A stretch of DNA of 54,151 nucleotides from positions 1 to 54,151 of the forward strand of contig JBCLDE010000005.1 of assembly GCA_038915165.1 (NCBI GenBank). The letters run 5' to 3'. Source of the stretch: Candidatus Limnocylindrales bacterium (GTDB lineage: Bacteria; Chloroflexota; Limnocylindria; Limnocylindrales; CSP1-4). The notes below the pieces were generated by a model that ran no database searches, was not told where the DNA came from, and saw only the letters and a program-made list of their open reading frames with translations. Both the position numbers and the translations under genes were made by a program. This document shows, one piece after another, positions 9,464 to 17,124 of this stretch (its first letter is position 1; each line of letters begins with the position of its first letter).

Positions 9464-9520
9464 AAGGCGATTCGTGCACGAACTGCGGTCCGAAACTCGC
9501 GGGCCGCTACGAATGGGTCG

Positions 9521-10519
9521 TTACCCGCCGGGATCGACCGCGTCCATCGTCTCGGGGGCGAACAGATCGGTCATCTCGAGATCACGTCGGGCGATGCCCT
9601 GGTGTCGAGCCCAACGCATCGCGGTCTCGAGCTCGGTTCGATTGGCCGCAACGCCGTAGGGCCAGTACCGGTCGCCGAACAGGGCTTCGGCGGCCTCCAG
9701 CTCGGCCACGAGCCACGGGACCATCGTCGCGAGCGTGCCCGTGAATCGCAGCCGTCGTCGCGCCGCCGCCTTCGCCTCGCAGAACGCCTTGAACAGGCTG
9801 CGCGCGATCCACCGGTCGGCCTCGTACACATCACGCCGCATGACGACGAGGTGCATGATCGGGAACATCCCGGTGCGCCGGTACCATGCCGCCTCGACGT
9901 CGCGGTAGTCAGGGAAGAGGCGAACGATCTCGGGACGGCCTTCTCGAGCGACGTCCGGCGTGTGGGGTGCGAAGAGCGCGTCGATCTCGCCCGCTACCAG
10001 CATCTCGTTGAGCGTTCCACCTCGCGGGACCATCTCGACCTGGACATCCTCTGGGATGTCAACAGGCGCCCGCTCCCGCATGCCGGGCGTCTCCTGGCCG
10101 CCGAACACCCAGGTCATGTCCGATGGCCGCACGCCGTGGTCTTCCTCAAGGATCCCGCGAAGCCAGAGGTTCACGGTGAGCTGGTACTGCATCGTGCCGA
10201 CGCGCTTGCCGATCAGGTCCTCGGGACGGTCGATGCCGGCGTCTCGATGGACGTAGATGTAGCCATGGCGGAAGGAGCGGGCCGGAAAGACCGGGATCCC
10301 CACCAGGCCGTCATCGCCACGCCCTCGGAGGTTGAGGTAGGTCGCCAACGACATCTCGGCGACCGGGAACTCACGATGGCGAGCGACGCGTTCGAACAGC
10401 TCACCGGGATCGAGGGCGACGTAGGTCAGGTCGAGACCCTCTGGCTGGATGGACCCGTCCGCCAGCCCACGGGTCCGATCGTATTCGCCGCAGGCGAGCG
10501 TGAGTCGCAGGCGCGTCAT
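9521..10519 (-). CDS. 4,5-dihydroxyphthalate decarboxylase-like protein (periplasmic-binding-protein fold, no signal peptide)
   Basis: LTLACGEYDRT..L.DG, E.SL..Y, PVFP.R.FRH, W.RGIL...HG, FPIMH.VV, YWPYG...N. Confidence 0.85.
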   Translation of the reverse strand: MTRLRLTLACGEYDRTRGLADGSIQPEGLDLTYVALDPGELFERVARHREFPVAEMSLATYLNLRGRGDDGLVGIPVFPARSFRHGYIYVHRDAGIDRPEDLIGKRVGTMQYQLTVNLWLRGILEEDHGVRPSDMTWVFGGQETPGMRERAPVDIPEDVQVEMVPRGGTLNEMLVAGEIDALFAPHTPDVAREGRPEIVRLFPDYRDVEAAWYRRTGMFPIMHLVVMRRDVYEADRWIARSLFKAFCEAKAAARRRLRFTGTLATMVPWLVAELEAAEALFGDRYWPYGVAANRTELETAMRWARHQGIARRDLEMTDLFAPETMDAVDPGG

Positions 10520-10541
10520 GTCAAACCCTCCGTCCCGGTGC

Positions 10542-10569
10542 TACCTTTGCCCTGTACCTTTGCCCTGTA
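10542..10569. repeat. 13-bp tandem direct repeat TACCTTTGCCCTG x2 in a divergent promoter region
   Basis: Copies at 10542-10554 and 10555-10567, followed by TA. Confidence 0.9.
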
Positions 10570-10575
10570 TACAGG
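10564..10575. promoter_or_regulatory. Perfect palindrome CCTGTATACAGG, putative GntR-family operator
   Basis: Lies between divergent genes 10519(-) and 10615(+); the same core recurs in other intergenic regions. Confidence 0.7.
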
Positions 10576-10614
10576 ATGCGTCAATCCACGAGGCTTGTTG
10601 ATGGAGTCGACCGG

Positions 10615-11661
10615 ATGACCGACCACCCACCCGTCGTCCGCAGCGCCCCGGTCGAGGTATTCGTCCGTCTGCCGCATTCGTGGTGCGGCGCGAGCTTGGA
10701 CGGGATCCTCCAGGTCGCCGAGGCTGCCGAGGCGCTCGGTTTCGCCGGGGTCTCCGTCCAGGACCACATCCTCTCCGGCCACGCCGTGGCCCCGTGCGGA
10801 CATCGCCACCTCGAAGACGACCGGATGGTCCTGGAGCCGCTCACAACGCTTTCCTTCGTCGCGGCCCGCACGAGCCGCGTCCGGCTCCTGACCGGCATCC
10901 TCGTCCTGCCCTTCCGCCATCCGATCTGGGTCGCCAAGACAGCCGGCACGCTCGACGTCCTCTCCAAGGGCCGCCTCATCCTGGGCGTCGGGGTGGGAGC
11001 GCCGCGCAGTCGGACGACGGATGGTGTCCAGAACATGGGTCCGCATGCCGACATCGCGAGTCGCGAGTCGGCCCTCTTCAAGCTGCCCGGATCCCGCGGC
11101 CAGATCATGGATGAATCGCTCGAGGCTTTGGACCGGCTGTGGCGCGACGAGTCGGCCAGCTATCACGGCGAACTCTTCGATTTTGACGGCGTGGACCTGC
11201 GACCGCAGCCCGTGCAACGGCCCCGCCCACCGATCTGGGTCGGGGGACGCGCCGAAGCCGCCCACCGCCGAGCCGCACTGATCGCCGACGCGTGGTTCCC
11301 GAGCCAGGCCTCCGTTGAGGTGCTGGCGGCGGGACGAGCCCGCGTCCTCGAGATGGCGGCAACGGCCGATCGACCCGCTCCAAGGTTCGCCGTCAACCTG
11401 TTCGTCTCGGTCGACCGCGACGGCGACCTCGCTCGCGACGTGATCCGTGACGGCCTGGGCCACCGGTTCCGCACGGAGGCGGGCCTGTTCGAGTCGTCGA
11501 TCGCCGGGACGCCGGCCGAGGTCCGCGATCGGATGCTGGCCTACGTCGACGCTGGCTGCTCGGCGTTCGACCTCAAGATCCTGCCGCTGACGCTGGATGA
11601 GACCCTGGCCCAGATGGAGCTGTTCGCTCGTGAGGTCCTGCCGACGGTGATGTCGGCGTAG
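10615..11661 (+). CDS. LLM-class flavin/F420-dependent oxidoreductase
   Basis: AE.LGF..V.VQDH, EPLTTL..VAA.T.RVRL.TG.LVLP.RHP...AK...TLD.LS.GRL.LGVG, P.PVQ.P.PPIWVGG. Confidence 0.92.
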   Translation: MTDHPPVVRSAPVEVFVRLPHSWCGASLDGILQVAEAAEALGFAGVSVQDHILSGHAVAPCGHRHLEDDRMVLEPLTTLSFVAARTSRVRLLTGILVLPFRHPIWVAKTAGTLDVLSKGRLILGVGVGAPRSRTTDGVQNMGPHADIASRESALFKLPGSRGQIMDESLEALDRLWRDESASYHGELFDFDGVDLRPQPVQRPRPPIWVGGRAEAAHRRAALIADAWFPSQASVEVLAAGRARVLEMAATADRPAPRFAVNLFVSVDRDGDLARDVIRDGLGHRFRTEAGLFESSIAGTPAEVRDRMLAYVDAGCSAFDLKILPLTLDETLAQMELFAREVLPTVMSA

Positions 11662-11681
11662 CGCCAGGCGCCCAGCAGCGT

Positions 11682-12050
11682 TCAAGGGCGACCGAGGACG
11701 ATGATGAGCGTCGCGGTCCCACCGACGATCATCACGGCGCCGAGGACCACGATGGCAGTCCGGACCACCGTCCGCCGAGATCGCCGCACGTAGTCATCGA
11801 CGACCGTCCAGAGCCCGGCGCCCCCGTGGAGGACCGCCGTGACGAGCATGACCCAGTCGGTGGTCGCGACCAGCCCGGACTGCCAGCGTTCCGCCACGAA
11901 TGCGCTGTCCGTATCGGCCACGTCTGTGAACAGGTGCGTCACCGCAAAGTGCGTCAGCACGAGGGGGGCGAGGGCGAGCGCCGTGAGGCGGATCGTGATC
12001 CACGCGATGCTCGGACGGATGCGATACGGGCGCGTCCGGGGCGTATTCAT
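11682..12050 (-). CDS. Succinate dehydrogenase-like hydrophobic membrane anchor (SdhD-like)
   Basis: Three hydrophobic segments, W...RLTA..L....L.H, heme-type LHG..GL..VVDDY. Confidence 0.8.
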   Translation of the reverse strand: MNTPRTRPYRIRPSIAWITIRLTALALAPLVLTHFAVTHLFTDVADTDSAFVAERWQSGLVATTDWVMLVTAVLHGGAGLWTVVDDYVRRSRRTVVRTAIVVLGAVMIVGGTATLIIVLGRP

Positions 12051-12541
12051 GCGAACACCGGTCGAAGGATGACGATCGCGGCGGGAACGGTGAGCGTGGC
12101 GGTTACGACGAGGGCCGCCCAGAGCAGCCGCTCCGAGGTCCGCGTGCCGATGTCTACGAGATCGAGCAGCAGGAGTCGAAGCCCGTTGCAGGTGTGCCAC
12201 AGGATGCCGGCGAAGAGGGCGACCTCGAACGCTCGCATCGGCGCCGAGCCGTAGAGGACGTGCACTTCGTCGTAGAGCTCCGGCGAGATCGCGATGAGGC
12301 CCACGTCGACCAGGTGGAGGGCCAGGAAGGCGAAGATCGCAAACCCGCTGATCCGGTGGGCGTAGAAGGCCCATCGGTGAAGTTCGAGGCGTGCCGTGGA
12401 CGGCCGACCGAGGCGGGCGATCAGCCCTGGTGTGCCTCCCGCCGCCCGGCGGGACCGCACCACGACGAGCAGTCCGTACGCCAGGACCCCGGCCGTGACG
12501 ATCGTGAGCCCGGCGACGAATGCCAGTTGCGCCGGCGTCAT
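12047..12541 (-). CDS. Succinate dehydrogenase-like cytochrome b subunit (SdhC-like)
   Basis: WAF..HRISG..I..FL..H..D, WH..NGLRL.L.D. Confidence 0.85.
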   Translation of the reverse strand: MTPAQLAFVAGLTIVTAGVLAYGLLVVVRSRRAAGGTPGLIARLGRPSTARLELHRWAFYAHRISGFAIFAFLALHLVDVGLIAISPELYDEVHVLYGSAPMRAFEVALFAGILWHTCNGLRLLLLDLVDIGTRTSERLLWAALVVTATLTVPAAIVILRPVFA

Positions 12542-14268
12542 CAGGTGTCTCCGGCGCGGTCGGCGTCGGGCGCCAGTCGCGCGAACGTCAGGGGAACGGT
12601 GGTCGGCGAGAGGGAACCGGGCTGGCCACGTACGACGACGGTCCGCAGCCAGGATGCGTCGTCGCGAGCCGGATGGTCGCGGCGGATATGGACACCGCGC
12701 GACTCGGTCCGCGCCAGCGCCGCAGTGACGACCGCCTCCATCGTGGTCAGACGGCTATCGAGATCGAGCACCTCCTGCCACGCCAGGTTTGCCGCGGCGT
12801 CGCCGGCGACCCGGATCGTCGCGGCAGCCGCGCGAATCGTCCCGATCTGATACCGGGCGGCCCGGAGCTCCGCGTCGTCGCGACGCAGGCCGACATGATC
12901 CCACGCCAGGTCACGCAACTCGTCGGCGAGCGCCCACGGCGCCGGGCCGGCCGGGGCGTCGGCCAGCGGCGCCCAGACTCGAGCGATGACCTCGTCGGCG
13001 GCTGTCGTCGACGGGCGGGCTGGGCCGCGTTCTCGGGCGAGTTCGGCGGCTCGACGGCCCGCCCGACGTCCGAAGACGGTCGACTCGGCGATGCCGTTCC
13101 CGCCGGTCCAGCTAGCCCCGTGGACCCCGCCGGCATCCTCGCCTGCCGCGAGGAGGCCCGGGAGCTCGGTCTCGCCGTGTTCGCCGATCACCACCCCACC
13201 GATCCCGATGTGAGCCGCGGGGGCGATCGGGACCGGCTCCGTGGCGGGATCGATGCCCGTCAGTCGGATGCGAGCCACGATGTCGCCGAACCGTTCGTCA
13301 AGGGTGGCCCGCCCGATCGGTCGGCAGTCCAGCAGGACGGCCCCGTCCTCGGTGCCGAGCCCGTCGCGGATCGTGGCATATGCGGCCGCGGCGACGACGT
13401 CTCGCGGGGCTCGCTCGGCGCGTTCGGGGTCGTGTTGCAGCATGAACCGTTCGCCGTGTCCGTCGAGCAGCGTGGCGCCGGCGAACCGCAGGGATTCCTC
13501 GAGCAGGACGCCCGTGACCTTGGAACCGCCGGCCGCGAGTCCGACCGAGAGGAACTGCACCATCTCCATGTCGCGCAATGGCAGGCCCGCCCGCAGCGCC
13601 ATGGCCAGCCCGTCGCCGGACTTCTCCCGCGCCGGTGTCGCGACGCGATAGGAGGCCGCCGCAGACCCGCCCATGGCAAGGACGACGACCGGGGTCGCGA
13701 GCAGGAGCGGCCGTCCTCGACGTGCGTCGAGCACCACGACCCCACACACACCGTCGTCGTCGACCAGGAGGTCGAGCGCCCGATGATCGGCGAGCTCGAT
13801 CGGCCGTGACCGGAGCAGGTCGTCCCGCAGACGGTTCACGATCTCGAGACCCGTCATGTGGCCGTGCGAGACCTTGCGGTCGCGCGACTGGCCCGCGAAC
13901 GGCGACAGCCGCACCGTGCCATCGGCCGTCCGATCGAAGGCGCAGCCGAGATCATCCGAGAGCTCGCGGATGACCGACGGCGAGTCGTCCGACAGGACGG
14001 CCGCGAGTCCCTGGTCGGACAGGAAAGCGCCGCCGCGGATGATGTCCTCGAAGTGGATCGCCGGCGAGTCGTCGGCGCCGAGGGCCGCGTTGATCCCCAG
14101 GGCCATGATCGAGCAGCCGGACCGCCCGACGAGGCCCTTGCTCACGAGGGCGACCCGGAGCCCGGGACCGGCTGCGACCGCGTGGCGTGTGGCCATCAGA
14201 CCCGCCGCGCCCGACCCGAGGATGGCGACATCCACGGCGATGACGTCCAAGGCGGGGACGGCCCTCAC
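12541..14268 (-). CDS. Sdh/Frd/NadB-family FAD-binding flavoprotein subunit with non-canonical active site
   Basis: GSGAAG, GDG.AMA.RAG..L.DMEMVQF, PRDVV, PAAH...GG, GL.AAGE..GGVHGA, R.ESRG.H.R.D.P; start placed at a GTG overlapping the upstream stop. Confidence 0.9.
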   Translation of the reverse strand: MRAVPALDVIAVDVAILGSGAAGLMATRHAVAAGPGLRVALVSKGLVGRSGCSIMALGINAALGADDSPAIHFEDIIRGGAFLSDQGLAAVLSDDSPSVIRELSDDLGCAFDRTADGTVRLSPFAGQSRDRKVSHGHMTGLEIVNRLRDDLLRSRPIELADHRALDLLVDDDGVCGVVVLDARRGRPLLLATPVVVLAMGGSAAASYRVATPAREKSGDGLAMALRAGLPLRDMEMVQFLSVGLAAGGSKVTGVLLEESLRFAGATLLDGHGERFMLQHDPERAERAPRDVVAAAAYATIRDGLGTEDGAVLLDCRPIGRATLDERFGDIVARIRLTGIDPATEPVPIAPAAHIGIGGVVIGEHGETELPGLLAAGEDAGGVHGASWTGGNGIAESTVFGRRAGRRAAELARERGPARPSTTAADEVIARVWAPLADAPAGPAPWALADELRDLAWDHVGLRRDDAELRAARYQIGTIRAAAATIRVAGDAAANLAWQEVLDLDSRLTTMEAVVTAALARTESRGVHIRRDHPARDDASWLRTVVVRGQPGSLSPTTVPLTFARLAPDADRAGDT

Positions 14269-14999
14269 GCGTGACCCCTCACTCGCCACCGCCGGAGCCG
14301 TCGGATCGCGCGCGCCGGATCGAGGCCCTTCGGGCAGGCGAGGCTACAGGCGCCAATCCCGTGACAGCCCTCCACGCCATCTGGGCCGCCGATCGCCACG
14401 AGCCGGTCGGCCGGGTGGGTGTCGCGCGGGTCCGCGATGACGACCATCGCCCTGGTCAGCGCGGCCGGACCGAGGAACGCGCGGTCCAGGGCGGACAGGT
14501 CGCAGGCCGCGAAGCACGCGCCGCACGAGATGCAGTCGAGGCTCGGCTCGATGACGTCCCGACCGGCCGGGTCGAGCGGGCGCGGGCCGGGACCAGCGGA
14601 CTCAGTGCCCTCCTGCCCGTCAAACGGGACCGGACTCGCGGGAGCGACCGACAACCGCGCGCCGACCGCCTCCCACCGCTCGGCGAATGGCGCCGGGTCG
14701 ACCACGAGGTCGCGCACCACCGGGAACCCGCCGAGCGGCGCGAGATGGACCGTGCCCCCGCCATCCGGCACGACCGTCTGACACGCCAGGACCGCACGCC
14801 CGTCGAGGAGGACCGTGCACGTCCCGCAGAACCCGCTCCGACACGAGTATCGGTAGTAGAGCGAGGGATCCTGCCGACCGATCTCGCAGAGCAGGTCCAG
14901 GATGACGTGGGCGTCCTCGCGGGCGACGACGAACGCTCGCTGGGCATCCGGATGGCTCCTTGCCACCTCGACGCGAACGGCCGTGCCGGAGGTCGCCAT
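14265..14999 (-). CDS. Sdh/Frd iron-sulfur subunit (SdhB/FrdB-like)
   Basis: SCRSGFCGTC..LAC (2Fe-2S), V.RDLVVD, CISCGAC...C (4Fe-4S), CHGIGACSLACPKG (3Fe-4S type). Confidence 0.9.
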   Translation of the reverse strand: MATSGTAVRVEVARSHPDAQRAFVVAREDAHVILDLLCEIGRQDPSLYYRYSCRSGFCGTCTVLLDGRAVLACQTVVPDGGGTVHLAPLGGFPVVRDLVVDPAPFAERWEAVGARLSVAPASPVPFDGQEGTESAGPGPRPLDPAGRDVIEPSLDCISCGACFAACDLSALDRAFLGPAALTRAMVVIADPRDTHPADRLVAIGGPDGVEGCHGIGACSLACPKGLDPARAIRRLRRWRVRGHA

Positions 15000-15006
15000 C
15001 GGCCGG

Positions 15007-15705
15007 TCAGCCCGGGCTCGTCGCCACGTCGGTCAGGTAGTCCAGCACCTCGCTCGACGACATGACGTTCGCGTACTTCTGATCCATGTCGAAGAGGTTC
15101 ACCGCATGGCTGAGTTCGCCGCGGTCGAACACGCCATCCTCGACGACGATCACCGGGAAGTTGTAGGAGAAGGCATCGACGACCGTCGCCCGGACGCAGC
15201 CGCTCGTCGTGCCGCCCGTGACAATGAGCGTATCCGCCCCGGCGCGGACCAGCAGCTCCAGTAGCGGCGTGCCGTGGAAGAGGCTGGGCTTGGTCTTGGG
15301 GAGCAGGACATCGGCGCTCGGATGGGGCGCGATCTCGGTTGGGATCTCGGCGGCGTCGGGCGGTGCCAGGCTGGCCTTCGGATGCTTCTCCGCCCACAGC
15401 CCCACGCCGCGGACGCCGAGTTGGGTGAAACCAGCCGAATAGACGACCGGTCGGCCGAGGGCGCGGGCGGGCGGCAGAAGCCGGCCGATCACATCGACGG
15501 CGTCCCAGCCGGCCTCCCCGCAGGAATTCGGGTACGTGGCGATGGACCGGAGGATCGGCTCGCGGACCCGGCCGACGAACCCGTACGTGACGTCGACCAC
15601 GAGCATGACCGGTCGGCGGCCCGGGGTCAGCGGCCGGCCGTAGCCCGCTGCCTCATAGATCACGCGATCGCGTGATCCGACGACGTCGCGCCAGCTACCG
15701 GACAT
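15007..15705 (-). CDS. Isochorismatase-family cysteine hydrolase (maleamate / N-carbamoylsarcosine amidase-like)
   Basis: Catalytic D (VVDV), K (KTKPS.F.GT.L) and C (TTSGCVRATVVDA); C-terminal NLFDM..KY. Confidence 0.9.
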   Translation of the reverse strand: MSGSWRDVVGSRDRVIYEAAGYGRPLTPGRRPVMLVVDVTYGFVGRVREPILRSIATYPNSCGEAGWDAVDVIGRLLPPARALGRPVVYSAGFTQLGVRGVGLWAEKHPKASLAPPDAAEIPTEIAPHPSADVLLPKTKPSLFHGTPLLELLVRAGADTLIVTGGTTSGCVRATVVDAFSYNFPVIVVEDGVFDRGELSHAVNLFDMDQKYANVMSSSEVLDYLTDVATSPG

Positions 15706-15714
15706 GGTCGCCGC

Positions 15715-16254
15715 TCAATAGCCGGGCGGGCCGGCCGCGGGCTGCCAGACGGGATCGGCGTCCGCGTCCGTCGCAACCACCTCACCGCGAAGCGCGGCTG
15801 CCGCCCACTGGATCGAGGTGACGATCTGCGCGTACCCGGTACATCGGCACAGGTTCCCCGAGATCGCCGTGCGGATCGTCGCCTCGTCCGGGTCCGCGTT
15901 CGACTCCAGCAGGGGCAGCGCGGCCATGATCATGCCCGGCGTGCAATACCCGCACTGGAGGCCATGCTGCTCGCGGAACCCCTCCTGGAGCGGATGGAGG
16001 ACGTCCCCATCCTCGAGGCCCTCGATCGTCCGAATGTCGTGCCCGTCCGCCTGCACCGCGAACAACGTGCAGGACTTCACGGCGCGCCCATCGAGATTGA
16101 TCGTGCAGGCGCCGCAACTCGTCGTATCACAGCCGATGTGGGTCCCCGTCAGACCGAGCACCTCGCGCAGGAAATGGACGAGCAGCAGCCGGGATTCGAC
16201 CGTTTCCGTATGATCCTCGCCATTCACCCGGACTCGGATCGCGTGCTCGCTCAT
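15715..16254 (-). CDS. Mo-hydroxylase small 2x[2Fe-2S] subunit (CoxS-like)
   Basis: GCDTTSCGACT, KSC, QCGYCTPG, GNLCRCTGY. Confidence 0.95.
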   Translation of the reverse strand: MSEHAIRVRVNGEDHTETVESRLLLVHFLREVLGLTGTHIGCDTTSCGACTINLDGRAVKSCTLFAVQADGHDIRTIEGLEDGDVLHPLQEGFREQHGLQCGYCTPGMIMAALPLLESNADPDEATIRTAISGNLCRCTGYAQIVTSIQWAAAALRGEVVATDADADPVWQPAAGPPGY

Positions 16255-17123
16255 GACTGGACTCCTCGGCGTGCTCGTTCCACGGCCAGGCGGATCGCCC
16301 GCTCGGCGACGGCGCGGGCCATCGCCCGCTTCACCTCCGCGGTGGCTCGCAGGTCCGCCCACGGATCGATCTCGACGAGCGCCTGGGCGGCCTCCGCGAT
16401 GGTCGCACGGTCGGGGGCGCGTCCGATCAGCGCCGCCTCGATCGCGGGCGAGCGGACCGGGGTCGGGGCGAGGTTCGTGAATGCTACCCGCGCCTCTGTG
16501 ACGAGCCCACCGTCGAGCACAACCACCGCCGCGGCCGCCGCGAGCGCGAAGTCCCCCACCTGGCGCTCGAACTTGACGTAGGCCGTGCCCTGTCCCGAGA
16601 TCGGCAGCGGCACCTCGATCCCGGTGAGCACCTCATCGGGCGCGAGCGCTACCTGGAGCAGATCCAGGTTGAAGTCGGCGGCCGCAATCGTCCGCTCGCC
16701 TGCGGGTCCCCGGGCGATGAGCCTGGCCTCGAGGGCGAGCATGATCGCCGGGTGATCGTTCGCCGGATCACCGTGAGAGAGATTGCCGCCGATGGTGCCG
16801 ACGTTCCGCACGCTCGGATCGGCGATCACGGAACACGCGTCGCCGAGGAGGGCGAGGGAACGAGCGACCGGTGACCGCAACAAGTCCGCCTGCCGCACCA
16901 TGGCGCCGATCCGCACGTGGCCGTCGACCTCCTCGATGGAAGCGAGGTCCGGGATCCGACCGAGGTCCACGAGGTCCGTCGGCTCCACGAGCCGCAGCTT
17001 CATGAGCGGGATGAGGCTCGCGCCACCGGCCAGCAGCTTGGCGCCAGGGCCGAGCCGCGCGAGCAGGCCGATGGCCTCATCGAGCGTGGCTGGTGAGTGG
17101 TAGGTGAACGCGGGCGGGTACAT
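16251..17123 (-). CDS. Mo-hydroxylase FAD-binding medium subunit (CoxM-like)
   Basis: F.Y..P.T.DEA, LAGG.SLIP.MKLR, RN.GTIGGN..H.DP..D. Confidence 0.95.
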   Translation of the reverse strand: MYPPAFTYHSPATLDEAIGLLARLGPGAKLLAGGASLIPLMKLRLVEPTDLVDLGRIPDLASIEEVDGHVRIGAMVRQADLLRSPVARSLALLGDACSVIADPSVRNVGTIGGNLSHGDPANDHPAIMLALEARLIARGPAGERTIAAADFNLDLLQVALAPDEVLTGIEVPLPISGQGTAYVKFERQVGDFALAAAAAVVVLDGGLVTEARVAFTNLAPTPVRSPAIEAALIGRAPDRATIAEAAQALVEIDPWADLRATAEVKRAMARAVAERAIRLAVERARRGVQS

Positions 17124-17124
17124 G

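Noticed and set aside
12541-14268. L-aspartate oxidase (nadB) or canonical sdhA call
   Set aside because: Accompanied by Fe-S and membrane subunits, unlike NadB, and key dicarboxylate-binding residues are substituted
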